Shown here: piece by piece, positions 39,796-52,953 of the stretch | How positions within the stretch are numbered: the stretch's first letter is position 1 | Layout: the number at the start of each line of letters is the position of its first letter | From: Neocallimastix sp. 'constans' | Taxonomy: Eukaryota | Direction of reading: 5' to 3' | Length of the DNA stretch: 64,000 nucleotides | Assembly: GCA_050613775.1 (NCBI GenBank) | Contig: JBODTK010000014.1 | Coordinates: 930,001 to 994,000, forward strand | Translations under genes and position numbers: made by a program | The notes under the pieces: model-generated | Told to the model about the DNA's origin: nothing | Databases searched by the model: none | The model's input: only the letters and a program-made list of their open reading frames with translations

Positions 39796-40822
39796 TGATA
39801 AAGAATGCCCAAATAATGTTCTTTTGGTTATTCATCTTAAATGACTTATTTAACCCTTAAATAAATTATTTGATTCTTTATTCTTTTGGAACTTTCTATA
39901 TTCTAATAAATTCATCCATATTCCTAATTAGTACAAATTAAATTATACTATTTAAAAAAGTGTATTTAATATTAATTCCTTATCTATACTACTTTTATTA
40001 TTCTTATCTATATTTTATTATTATTAAAATCCTTATCAATATTATATAGTTTATTTTATCAATTTTCTTAATAGTTTATCAAAATCTTATCAATAATTCT
40101 TTTATTAATATTAAACTTATCAATATTAATTATTTCTTTGGAAAATTCCAGATTAAAAATTGTATTAATGATTACTAATAAAAAAAAAAAAAAAAAAAAT
40201 TAAACATAAAAGAAAATAGTTATATTATTATTATATGTTTTATTATAAATATTATATTATAAATTTGATGAAATGATTATAAATTTTATATTAACAATTT
40301 AAATAATATTATTTTTCTAAACTTAGTAAAATTAAACTTTAGGATTAAATAAATATTACTAAACCACAGAATTAATTTCTGTAAAATAAAAAAATTGTCT
40401 TTTAAAATATATAATTAAGTAGATTAGTAATAAATAATTAGTAATAGATTAATATATAAGCATTATTTATTAATAGTAAATAATAATTATATTAACAATA
40501 AAAAAAAAAAAAAAATAATATAAAAATTATTAATAATAATTAATTTTTATTATACAAAGAAATGGCTTTACCATTTCTATTATTTTAAGAAAAAAATATA
40601 AATAACAGTAAAAAAATTGTATTTTTTTTATATTGTAATTCTAACATTATAATTTTTAAATAAAAAAATTTAATAAAAGAATTATAAAAATCAAATTTTA
40701 AAAAGTTATATTGTTTATTTATTTTTTTTTGTTTATATTAATCTTTTATTTTTATTTTTATTATTGTTTTAATTTTGTTTATAATTTTTGAATAATTTTT
40801 ATAAAAACCCCGAACCAAACCA
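39796..40822 (+). repeat. 3' LTR of element A (1027 bp)
   Basis: TGATAAAGAATG..AAACCA; direct repeat of the 5' LTR. Confidence 0.95.
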
Positions 40823-40826
40823 TTTT

Positions 40827-41843
40827 TGGTAAAGAATGAATTAATAACCTTTATTTTATTATTAATAATTCTTTACTAAATTGTACTTTCCTATATTCTT
40901 GATAACCTAAACTTAATAATAAAATTTAATTTATTTTGATATAAATTAATTTTAACTTGTAAATAATGTAAATAAATTTTAATTAATTATTTTATTGTTA
41001 TATTATTAAATATATGTATATTAAAATACAATTGTAAATATTAAAATTATACTTTTAAGATACTAAATTATTAAAAATATTAATTAAATATTATTATAAA
41101 AATTATTATAAAATTATTAAAATTATTAATTAAATATTATTCTAAAAATTATTATAAATTATTAATATTATAAATTTATTAAAATTATTAAATATTATTA
41201 TAAAAATTTATATATTATAACTATTAAATATTATTATAAAATTATTAAGATTATTAATTAAATTTATTATTAAAAATTATTATTAAAAATTTTTACTTAT
41301 TATAAAAATTATTATTTAAATATTATCAAATTTATTAATTAAATATTATAAAAATTTTATTTTATTTTGAAAATAATTACAAGTATTATTTAAAATAATT
41401 AAAGATTATTAAATTCATTATATTAATCTTTAAAAACAATTTATTTAACTTAAAAATATCAAAGAAAATAGTAAAAAACTATTTTCTATATATTATTTTA
41501 TAATTATTTTTAATTAAATTATATTTGAATATTATATTATTATATTTATAAAAATTAAAACAAAAATGAATTATTGATATAAAATTAATTCAATAATTCT
41601 ATAAAATTACTTAAATTATAAACAATTAATTATACTTTAAATTTATAAAAAAATATAAATATTGTAACAATTTCTTAAAAATTAAATATGTGTACTTTAA
41701 ATAATAAAATTTTATATTAATAAAAAAAAAATAAATAACTTTTAATAAAGAATTATTTTTTTTTTATTTAAAATCAAAGCAGGGTAATACCCGTCCCCCC
41801 CTGCTTGATTTTAAATATCTAAGTGTCAACCCCGAGTCTACCA
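40827..41843 (+). repeat. 5' LTR of element B
   Basis: TGGTAAAGAATG..CCCCGAGTCTACCA; matches 50998-52014. Confidence 0.95.
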
Positions 41844-41849
41844 AAAATT

Positions 41850-44426
41850 TATTTAGACGATATCCATATATACGGTGAAACAAGAAACGAATGTTTAGAA
41901 AATTGCGCGTACGTATTATCGAAATTTAAGGAACAACATTTATTCTGTAAACTAGAAAAGTGTATATTTTTTCCCAAACAATTTGAATACCTAGGATATG
42001 AAATTACATATAATTCTATTAAACCAATTAGCAATAAAGTAGAAAAGTTGAAGGAATGTAATACTCTGAAAGAATACCAACAACTATGTGGATTTCTTAA
42101 TTATTTTAAAAATTCTATACCTGCTTATCATAAACATATTCAAAGTATTTCCCAAGGGTTAAGAGAAAACAATAAAAAATGGAATGACGAAATGCAAAAA
42201 GACCTAACCTACTTTCAAAATCAAATCAATAATCTAACCCTTTTACATCCATTTAGAAATAATTCAGACATACTTATTATAAGTGATGCCTCAGAAAAAG
42301 GAATTGGAGCTTCTATTTTCCAAATTAAGAATTATGAAAAAATTGATAATTATTTCGAATCAAATCTAGATATATCAAAAAAGATAATCAAAGAGTCCAA
42401 AAAATGTCCTAATAAAATTCAGCCTTCACGTGACAAAAATCAGCCCTTAAAGCTGAAAAAAGATATAAAAAGGCTTAAATTTTCTAACAAAGAATCTACG
42501 GACAAACATTTATATACAATATTTGACTATATTTATCAAAAAGATAATAATACTACATTCCATTACAACGAAACTCTAGAAGATTTAAAAGCTAAACTTT
42601 TTATTTCCAGCACAAATTTTCATAAATTACAAGATAATTTAGAACCTCTCGGCTTCTTTTCTAGACTACTAAATTCTACGGAACAAAAGTATTCCACCTT
42701 TGATAGAGAGCTTTTAGGTATAAATAACGCTTTAAATCACTACAAATATTTAATCAGAAACGGCCAACGAATCTTTATCCTTACGGACCATAGAAATCTT
42801 GTATTTTCTATAAACAAAGGATCTAAGGTTGAATCTAACAGGAAATTTCGTCTATTCGAATCCATTTGTCAATTCAATGTCTTCCCAATCTACATTCAAG
42901 GAAAAGACAATTTACTCGCCGATTTCCTGTCAAGACAATTTATTAATATTTCTCAAAATAAATCAAATACTTTAGAATCCAACCATTCCGTCATGTCTTC
43001 TAGTAACCTTCGCAAAAGGAAATCACATGATGACTCTTGTGATTCTTTTTCTGCCATGACTCATACTTTTCTTAAAATTAAAAACTTAATTTTAGAAGAA
43101 GCCCCCCATAGAATCGATGAATTTTATGAATGTATCTCAATAAGAAACTCATCGAAACTTTCGGATCAATACGAAAGCCAAGAATCATCTGACAATACAG
43201 ATGACAATAATGATATATTTGAAAAGAAAATAAAAATTTACCATAGAAAACTGACTAGAATGTTCGAGAAAGAAAGAGAAAATAAATTTAAAAAGACAAG
43301 AAAAGGTCTAGAACCAAATGAAGAATCGGACATTGTCATCACTAATAATACTGAAGATTTAGAAAAAAGGATGACAGTTTTAGAAAATAGACTTACGGAA
43401 CGAATGAACAAATTAAGTGTAAGATTTAAGAATTATAAAGCCTATCAAATGAAATCGGATAAAACAAAAGAAATTATCCAACAAATCAATTCATTCAAAA
43501 ATAAAATAAACCATTTTGAGTTAATTTTAAACCAAACTAAACAAACTCAAAATATAAAAATTAATAATCAAACGGAAACAATCGGGATTTTACAGAATGA
43601 ATTAAATGCTATCCGAAGAGGCTTAGGAGACTTACCGTCTTATAATGAATCACAAAACACGGAAAGAAATAGACATAATATCATTGGAAGAGATAGAATT
43701 CCTTTTGACTATGTTATCGATTTAGATAATTAAAAAATTTTAAATATAATATAATATTATATAGTTTAGTTTAATAACTTTATATATTAAATGTATTAAA
43801 TAGTTTAAATTTTAACATTTTATTTTTGTATAAATAAAGATGAAAAGAATTAAATTTTAAATCTTCATCTTTATACTTTTAAAGAATATTGGATATTAAT
43901 ATAAAAATTATTAATAAAATAGTTTAGTTATATATTTATATTAAACATTTATAAAAATAATATAAAATTTTTAATAAAAATCCTTATTGTAATCTGATCA
44001 ATTATAATAAATAAAATTTATTAAAAATAAAATATAATTTTAAAAGTGTGCTATAATTTATTAAAATAAATAATAAATTATTGTGTTATAAAGTAAAACT
44101 AAAGTATTGCTCCCATATTCCGAAAGAAGTACTATAAAATCTTAGGAAAGCTGCGACGTATTTGGAAGATTTTTGTTAGAAAAACCTTAACTTATTTCGT
44201 ATGAATATCCTAAGTGTCTAAATAGGTAAAGATTGACGAATTTTTGCATATTTAAAACGGACTTTAATTTTAAAAGTATAAAGATTTTCAAAGAATTTGC
44301 AAATTCAAATTGTATTATACACAAGAAGAATTAGAGGGAATTATATATAACCTCGATAATAATCATAAGATTTATCATAATAGAAGAAATTCCCTACCTA
44401 CTATTATTACTAAAGACCATATTTCA
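41850..44426 (+). mobile_element. 5'-truncated foreign retroelement segment between the 5' LTR and PBS of B: RT from YLDD, RNase H with a large insertion and a coiled-coil-like extension (ORF ends 43733); no integrase
   Basis: YLDDIHIY..LFCKLEKCIF..YLGY; ISDASEKGIG; KYSTFDRELL..LTDHRNL..GKDNLLADFLSR. Only distantly similar to pol A/B. Flanked by AAAAATT at 41843-41849 and 44427-44433. Confidence 0.8.
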
Positions 44427-44432
44427 AAAAAT

Positions 44433-44450
44433 TGGTGGAGATATCGGGGA
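44433..44450 (+). promoter_or_regulatory. Primer-binding site of B (tRNA-Ala type), displaced 2.6 kb from its LTR
   Basis: TGGTGGAGATATCGGGGA, identical to the PBS of A. Confidence 0.8.
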
Positions 44451-44451
44451 T

Positions 44452-44506
44452 GAAGAAGAAAAAGTAGAAGAAGAAGAAGAAGAAGAAGAAGTAGAAGAAG
44501 AAGTAG

Positions 44507-44538
<32 letters not shown>

Positions 44539-44575
44539 GAAGAAGAAGAAGAAGAAGAAGAAGAAGAAGAAGAAG

Positions 44576-44607
<32 letters not shown>

Positions 44608-44876
44608 GACCAAGTGGAAGAAGACCAAGAAAAAGAAGACCAAGAAGTAGACCAAGTGGAAGAAGACCAAGAAAAAGAAGACTAAGAAGTAGACCAAGTG
44701 GAAGAAGACCAAGAAAAAGAAGACCAAGAAGAAAACCAAGTGGAAGAAGACCAAGAAAAAGAAGACCAAGAAGAAGACCAAGAAGAAAACCAAGAAGACC
44801 AAGAAGAAGACCAAGAAGAAGACCAAGAAGAAGAGACCAAGAAGGAGAAGACCAAGAAGGAGAAGACCAAGAAGGA
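44452..44876 (+). repeat. (GAA)n and GAAGACCAA-type purine-rich repeat in the leader of B
   Basis: GAA run followed by 42-nt units containing GACCAAGTGGAAGAAGACCAAGAAAAAGAA. Confidence 0.9.
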
Positions 44877-44968
44877 AATTGGAACTACTAGGACTTATTT
44901 TTTTTTTTGGAATTATGAGAATAATTTTTTTTAAATTAAATTTAATAGAATTAAATTAAATTAAATTA

Positions 44969-45013
<45 letters not shown>

Positions 45014-45572
45014 CACTTTTACAATCATCATCAAATTTTTTTATTGTTATCGGTTTTTGTGTTGTTGTGGTTGGTGTTGTTGTTGTGATTGTTGTTGTTG
45101 TGGTAGTAATAAAAATTAACATCAGTTTTATTTGGTCTTCGCGTGCTCCAAATAAAACTATATACTGAGTTTACTGCGTACTAAGCAGTTATAGATAATT
45201 CTATAATTGCGAGTGGTTTAATCAGGTGTTTGGAGAGGGGCCGGTTACGAACTAATCGAACCCCGATTAGATATAGCGGTAAATACTGTTGGGAAGCAGA
45301 AATTACCCTATAGATCACCCATTATACGTTCAACACGGTTTGGGTGCTCCTCCACTTGACTCAGGCAAATTCACTTAGTATACCGAAATACTAAGGTCCC
45401 TCTGCGTGGTCGGCAGTTGTAATAGATAGCGGTTTTTCAAGTTGTACTAGGTTTGTTAATTTACCTTGTTTTCAATTAAGTTTATTTGTTTTTTTTAAGT
45501 TGTAATTATATAAACTTAATAATAATTGTAATTGTAATTGTAAATATTGTAATAATAACCGATAACAAATAA

Positions 45573-45618
<46 letters not shown>

Positions 45619-45977
45619 TAATTTTTGTGTTTTTAAATATTTTTAATTGCTATATTAATAAATTTTTTTTGTAAATAATTGTATATATTTTTTTTATTTA
45701 AGTAAAGATAAACGAAAGGGGTTATTAGCTTGAAAGAATAGTGAACACTCCAACTAGTTTATTAATTTATATTTATTCTAGTGTCCAGGAGGGGGAGTAC
45801 GGGTGTATATAGCAAAATTAAATATACACTAGCCGGAAACGTCTCACTAGAGATATAAATTACTTAAATATAATTTTAATTGTAAATAAATAAATAAATA
45901 AATGAAAATATATCAATTAAATAATTAATAAAACAATTTTTTTTATTTTTTTTAAAAGTGTGTTTTTTTTTTTTAAA

Positions 45978-46213
45978 ATGAGTTCAATTAATTTTAAAGA
46001 TTTAAAAAAAGAACTTAAGGATATTGAAAAAATATCCAAAGAAAATTTAGATGTTAAAACTTGGAAGTCTGATTTAGAGCTTTGGATAAAGCTTGAACAT
46101 GTTGAAGACTCCAAGATTATATTTTATGCCTGTGTTTTAACCTCAATTGGTGAAACCAGGAAAGTCATCCAAGAATTAATGGATGATAATGATAAAGATG
46201 ATGATAGTGATAG

Positions 46214-46244
<31 letters not shown>

Positions 46245-46928
46245 AATTATAAGGATATTAATGATGAAGATGAGGATGATGATAATGAAGAAGATAAAGA
46301 AATTGATAAAAAGAATAAGGCTTATCCTTCCCTTAATAGAATTGTAAAAGCTATAGAAGAATTTTATGGCATTAGGGAGGATCAAAATAATTTATTAAGA
46401 GAGCTACGTGCTCTAAGAATTAAGAGAAATGAAAGAATCAAAGATTTTAATATTAAGTATAAAACTTTATATTTAAAATTAAATAAAAAGAAAAGAAGTC
46501 AGATAAGTGTTTTAGATTACACAGACTCCATTGAAAACAATGTTGAAGCCTGGAAACGTCTAACCTTATTTGATAACATTTCTCTGTCAAAAGCCTTTAA
46601 AATTGCTGAAAAAGTAGATAGGTTAAATTATATGGGTAGTAATCAAAGAAGACATCCTTCTACCCCTTCACCTTCTGCAAATACATCTTCTTTTAGTAAT
46701 AAAGTTAATTTTCATCCTCCTATTAAAAATAAATTAGAACAAAAAGTTAATATTAAACCTAAAGAAGATAATGACATAGAGGAATTAACAAGAAAAATGA
46801 GAAGTTTAACAATAAAGGCTTGTTATTTCTGTAAAGAACCAGGTCATTATCAAAACAATTGCCCAAAGTTGAGAGCAATTGTTGAGAAAAATAGGAAGGA
46901 AATTAGAAACAATAAACGTTTAAATTGA
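45978..46928 (+). CDS. gag: Gag of element B, intact, with acidic insert and CCHC knuckle
   Basis: ATG at 45978 (MSSINFKDLKKEL..); CYFCKEPGHYQNNC; homologous to gag A. Confidence 0.9.
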
Positions 46929-46971
46929 GTAATGGGATAAGAAGCTCTCCCATACTTAATAAAGCAGCTTC
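46919..46971 (+). promoter_or_regulatory. Putative -1 frameshift signal of B (T_TTA_AAT plus pseudoknot)
   Basis: Heptamer 46919-46925; stem 1 ATGGGA/TCCCAT; stem 2 GAAGCT/AGCTTC. pol is in the -1 frame relative to gag. Confidence 0.8.
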
Positions 46972-49900
46972 ACTTAAATATCAAAAAGAAATTAAAAATT
47001 CTCGTCTTTCTAATATTGAAGAAACTCCTGCTAATAAAAGGGTGGTTAATAAAAAGAAAGTTGATTATTTAGTAGGAGCATCTAAACGTAAAATTTATGA
47101 TGTTAATAATGATGAAGGTAGTGCAGAGAAAAGGATTCATAAGTCGTTGAAGGAGAATCCTAAACCTATAATAACTCCTGCATTACGAAAACAGAAAGAA
47201 CGAGAAGTAAAAGAAAATAATATAAGTAATAAAATTGTTAAACAAATTAAACCATCTATTCTAGCTCAACCACGAATTGAAAAAGAAAAAGAGATTGAAA
47301 GACAAATTCGTGATAATGAAAGAGCTAGTAATAGTAATACTAATTATAGTAATAATCATAGTAATGATAATAGTAATGATAATATTAATAATAATTCATT
47401 AGTGAATGATGAAGTTATTGTAAATAATGTAAATAATGATAAAAGAAAGAATAAAAATTTAATGAAAGAAAATAATGATAATAATAAAAGTATTGTGAAG
47501 GAGAATAATAAAGTAATTGATTTAACTAGGGTGTTAAATAGTAAAGATAAAGATACTCAAAAAGAAACTAAAAGTTCTAGGGTATCTAGGAAAATTAAGA
47601 TGCAATCGGGGGAAGAAGAATATGATATTCTTAAAGATTTAAATTCTGCCCATTGCAATATTACTTTTGGACAGTTATTGGATGCTGCTCCAAAATTAAG
47701 ATATAAGGTGTCACAGGGTATTAAATTGGATAGGGACCAATCTAATATCTCTGGGGTGTTGGATAAGGTGTCAGCCACGACTGTGGTCGTTAATAACATA
47801 GACCACACTTATAAAAGTAAAGGTAACGAACCATGTGAAGAGGATATTGCCATGGTTGATGTTACAGTTGAAGGTGTTTCGGGGAAGGCTTTAATTGATT
47901 CATGTAGTAATTTAAGTATAATTACTCAACAATTTTTAGATAAGCTTCCGTCCGAATATGAACCTATTGATATTAGTCGTGGCAGAATTAGGTTGGCAAC
48001 TAAGAATGATGATTACTCGGAAGGTTATATCATTCGGGTGCCAGTAAAGATTAATAATCTTGTATTAATGGTTAATTGTAGAATAGTAGAAAAGGAGGAT
48101 CCTTTTTACGATATTCTAATTAACTTAAAAACCCAAATTGATTATAATTTGTTTATCCACCCCATTTTATATAGTTTGTGTCAAATTACTCCTGAGGGAG
48201 TAATTGACGTTATTGCACCTATTAATAATGATTATGAAGATGAAGAAAAGTTGTTGTGTATGATTAAGGCTTTGGATGAGGATTCCAAAAAGAATGATTT
48301 AAAGAAAATTGAAGGATTATCCCCAAAGCAATATATTCATCATGAAATTTTCCTAAATACTTTAAAAGAAAAATATAAAGATGAAATAATTAAAATTCTG
48401 GAGGAGAACTTAGAAATAGTTGCTACTTCTTCAGAAGAATTAACACCTTCTGATCTTCCTCCACATAAGATTAATTTAATTCCTGGTGCGAAACCAGTTA
48501 AGCAAAGGTGCTATAGATTAGTTAAATTTAAGTCGGATATACTTAAGGAGGAATTAATTAAATTAATTAATAAGAAATTAATTGAACCTTCTTGTTCCGA
48601 ATGGTCATCGCCAATAGTGTTAGTACCGAAGAAGAACGGTAAATGGCAATTATGTATTGATTATCGTAAGGTTAATGATTTAACAGTTAAAGATTCTTAT
48701 TCATTACCTTACATTGATGAGATATTTGATAGTTTAGATGGGGCACAGATTTTTACAACAATGGATCTTTACTCTGGTTATCATCAAATTTTGATGGATG
48801 AGGAAAGTGTAGAAATTACCACCTTCACCACAAAATTTGGTAACTACCAATTCAAGGTTATGCCTTTTGGTTTAACCGGAGCCCCAGCTACATTTCAAAG
48901 GGAAATGAATAGGATTCTTTTCCCATTTATAGGAAAGTTTGTTTTTAACTTTATAGATGATATTTTAATATACTCTAAGAGTATAAAAGAACACATAAGC
49001 CACATTAGGCAAGTGTTGGAAGTATTTCGCCAACACAAATTGAAAATTAACATTGAAAAATGTGCCTTTATGCAGACTGAAGTAGAAGTCTTAGGTCATA
49101 AGGCATCAGTGAAAGGTTTAAGTCCCCAGGATAGCAAAATTAAGGCTATCAAGGAGTGGGTAGCACCTGTTGATGTTCATGAATTACGATCTTTTCTTGG
49201 AGCAGTAGGATATTATAGAAACTTTATTGATAAATATGCTCAAATCTCTGCTCCTTTATGTAAATTATTAAGAAAGAATGTTAAATATAAATGGAATAAT
49301 GAACATCAACAAAGTTTTGATCTGTTAAAAGAAAAGTTAATAAATGCTCCAATTTTAAAATATCCAAGTTTTAATCAAAGGTTTATAATTAGAACGGATG
49401 CTTCCTATGAAGGTATTGGAGGAGTATTACTCCAAGAAGATTTAGAAACCAAAAAGGAACATCCAGTTCATTATATAAGTAGAAGCTTAAGTAAAGCCGA
49501 GAAAAATTATGGCATTACTGACTTGGAAGGAGCTGCATTAATTTATTGTATTACTAAGTTGAAATCTTATATATTAGGAAATCCTAATAAAACAGTAGTA
49601 ATAACAGATCATAAACCTTTAATCAGTTTCTTTAAAAATAAGGAACCTAATAATGCTAGGCAAGCAAGGTGGTGCTTAACTGTTAGTACCCTTGGTGTTG
49701 AAATTCAATATCAAATGGGTAAGAAAAATGTGTTAGCCGATGCATTATCTAGGATGAAGAAAAGAGATGATTCTGTGGTATTGGCAACTAAGTTAACTTC
49801 AAAGGAAGAAGAAGAGTTGCTTTCTAAAACTATTAAAGACTTTATAAATGAAAAATTTGTTACGATAAATGGTGAAGATTACTTTGTTGATGGTAATGAC

Positions 49901-50974
49901 TATCGTAAATTAATTACGGATCAAACGGAAAGAGTAAAACTTATTTTAGAAGCCCATAAGATAGGTCATGAGGGATATTATAAGACTTATCAAAGGCTTC
50001 GTAAAAGTTTTTATTGGAATAATATGGTGATGGATATTAAAAGAGTGGTGCAAAGTTGTGACAAGTGTCAGTTGAATAGGTCACAACCATATCCAGAACC
50101 TACAGAAAATATTCCAACTAAAGTAGAAGGTCCTTTTATACATTTGGGTTTAGATATTATTGGACCTTTGATTAAAACTAAAAATAATAATCAATATATA
50201 ATGGTTGTGGTGGATTACTTCACCAAATAGGTTGAAGCAGAACCCACGGAAAATATAACATCACAGGATGTGATTAAGTTCTTAATTAATGTGTTTGCTC
50301 GTCATGGTGTTCCACAGGTAATAACAACTGACAATGGTGTTCAGTTCACCTCGGACATGACGAAAATATTTTTAGATCTCTATGATGTATATGTGAAGTT
50401 TATTTCCACATATCATCCTGAAAGTAATGGACTTACGGAAAACCGTAATAAAGAGATCGGCAAGTTATTGAGGTTGTTGGGTTCTAAGAATAAGGATTGG
50501 GATGAAGTTTTACCATCCGCCTTATGGGCTCTTAGAACTACCAAAAATAAGGTAACAAAACATTCAAGTTTTGAGTTGGTTTATGGTAGGGAGGATCAGC
50601 AGCCTTTTGATATTGCTGCTAGACCTACCAAGGATATTAATAAGTCATCGGATGAAGTGTTGTTAGAAAAATTTATAAATCATTACCGATGGACTTTAGA
50701 AGCAGCCGAAAATGTTAAAAATGCAAATAAGTATTGGGCTGCTAGAAGAGAGGAAAAGAATAGTTTGAATGAAGGAAAAAGAATTAGGGAAGGTGATTTA
50801 GTTCTAGTTAGAAATTTTTCAAGAACTAAACTAGAACCTTATTTTGTTGGTCCTCTTAAAGTTATAAAAAAACAATTTAATACGGTTACCTTGGCTGATC
50901 CAAATTCTGGAATTCAATTGAATAGGAATGTTCATTTGAAGAATATAGTCAAGTATAACTCAGCTTCGATGTAG
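46919..50974 (+). pseudogene. pol: pol of element B (PR-RT-RH-IN) with a single TGG>TAG nonsense change at 50228-50230
   Basis: ORFs 46925-50230 and 50270-50974 share a frame; VDYFTK*VEAEP aligns with VDYFTKWVEAEP in A. Confidence 0.93.
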
Positions 50975-50997
50975 CTTGAGTTTTAGAGGGGGCATCA

Positions 50998-52014
50998 TGG
51001 TAAAGAATGAATTAATAACCTTTATTTTATTATTAATAATTCTTTACTAAATTGTACTTTCCTATATTCTTGATAACCTAAACTTAATAATAAAATTTAA
51101 TTTATTTTGATATAAATTAATTTTAACTTGTAAATAATGTAAATAAATTTTAATTAATTATTTTATTGTTATATTATTAAATATATGTATATTAAAATAC
51201 AATTGTAAATATTAAAATTATACTTTTAAGATACTAAACTATTAAAACTATTAATTAAATATTATTATAAAAATTATTATAAAATTATTAAAATTATTAA
51301 TTAAATATTATTCTAAAAATTATTATAAATTATTAATATTATAAAATTATTAAAATTATTAAATATTATTATAAAAATTTATATATTATAACTATTAAAT
51401 ATTATTATAAAATTATTAAGATTATTAATTAAATTTATTATTAAAAATTATTATTAAAAATTTTTACTTATTATAAAAATTATTATTTAAATATTATCAA
51501 ATTTATTAATTAAATATTATAAAAATTTTATTTTATTTTGAAAATAATTACAAGTATTATTTAAAATAATTAAAGATTATTAAATTCATTATATTAATCT
51601 TTAAAAACAATTTATTTAACTTAAAAATATCAAAGAAAATAGTAAAAAACTATTTTCCATATATTTATTTTATAATTATTTTTAATTAAATTATATTTGA
51701 ATATTATATTATTATATTTATAAAAATTAAAACAAAAATGAATTATTGATATAAAATTAATTCAATAATTCTATAAAATTACTTAAATTATAAACAATTA
51801 ATTATACTTTAAATTTATAAAAAAATATAAATATTGTAACAATTTCTTAAAAATTAAATATGTGTACTTTAAATAATAAAATTTTATATTAATAAAAAAA
51901 AATAAATAACTTTTAATAAAGAATTATTTTTTTTTTATTTAAAATCAAAGCAGGGTAATACCCGTCCCCCCCTGCTTGATTTTAAATATCTAAGTGTCAA
52001 CCCCGAGTCTACCA
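50998..52014 (+). repeat. 3' LTR of element B
   Basis: Direct repeat of 40827-41843. Confidence 0.95.
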
Positions 52015-52020
52015 TTTTTG

Positions 52021-52950
52021 TGTAAGAAATAATAATTATTTATTAATAAATAATTACTATTTCTTAGTCTTTATAATTATTGATAATAATTATAAATTTA
52101 TTTAAATTATAATTAATTCATACATTGAAATATTATTATCAAATTTATTAAAAATATAATTATTCATACATTAAAATAATATTAAAAAATTTATTTAAAT
52201 AACTATTATATATTCTTTTATTAATATTATTAATTTTATTTAGTTATTCATTTAATTATCAAGTTAATGTAAACATTAGTTTTATTTATTTTGTACATTG
52301 TACATTTAAAAGAACAATTAATAAGTTTCTGTATTTTTTAAATATAGTTTTATGTTAATAAGTTTAGATTAGATTTTAAAAATAATATTTAGATCATTCC
52401 GGTTATTATTTATTTTTCCTTTTATTTGATGATCTAAATTAAAATTTAGAGAATCGATATATTAAGGTTTTATCCAAATATAAAATAATATATTTGGTTT
52501 TACTTAATATATACGATGATCGATATGAATAGAATATCGATCAAAACTTATCTAGTTTTTTCTTCTAATCTTTTTCTAGATAAGATAATTTTTAAGATTA
52601 GAAAAACTTTTTATTTAACCTTAATTTAATAAAAAAATATATAAGGGCTCTTGATTTCTCTTTAAGAAATCAAGAGTTATTATTATAAAAATATAGTTAT
52701 AATAATAGCAATTTTATATTTTAAACTTTAATAAATTAATAAAACATTTTATTCAAAAACATATTTTTTAAACCAAATTTATTCAAATATTCCTTCTTTT
52801 ACTTTTTGTGTTGTTATTATAATTAATTTTATAATAAACTCGTTTATAGGTAAAATTTTTATTTTTATTTTATTTCTCAACTTAATGAATTAGTCATTAA
52901 GTTGAAGTTAATAATCATATTTAGTGATAGAACTTAGTATGATTATTACA
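52021..52950. mobile_element. Solo LTR-like unit C1 (unit 3); 5-bp TSD TTTTG
   Basis: TGTAA..TTACA termini; TTTTG at 52016-52020 and 52951-52955; inverted copy at 57875-58822. Confidence 0.85.
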
Positions 52951-52953
52951 TTT

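Larger units (their letters stand above)
32115..40822 (+). mobile_element. Full-length Ty3/gypsy LTR retrotransposon A (array unit 1), inserted 16 nt upstream of tRNA-Val; 4-bp TSD TTTT
   Basis: Near-identical LTRs of about 1.03 kb, PBS, gag, pol (PR-RT-RH-IN), G-rich PPT at 39784-39790, and TTTT at 32111-32114 and 40823-40826. Confidence 0.95.
40827..52014 (+). mobile_element. Full-length Ty3/gypsy LTR retrotransposon B (array unit 2), a sister family of A; 4-bp TSD TTTT
   Basis: 1017-bp LTRs at 40827-41843 and 50998-52014 with few differences; PBS, gag, pol; PPT AGAGGGGG at 50985-50992; TTTT on both sides. Confidence 0.95.

Noticed and set aside
41823..41849. GTG start of the 636-aa ORF
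   Set aside because: It lies inside LTR B. The frame merely runs into a 5'-truncated RT lacking its N-terminal motifs, so it is unlikely to be a functional start.
44410..44934. Poly-Phe, Ser/Trp-rich and Glu/Asp-rich ORFs
   Set aside because: By-products of the (GAA)n repeat in the leader of B; the plus-strand frame is interrupted by TAG/TAA.
50228..50230. Programmed stop-codon readthrough in the integrase of B
   Set aside because: It aligns with a conserved Trp (TGG) in A; a point mutation or base-call error is simpler.
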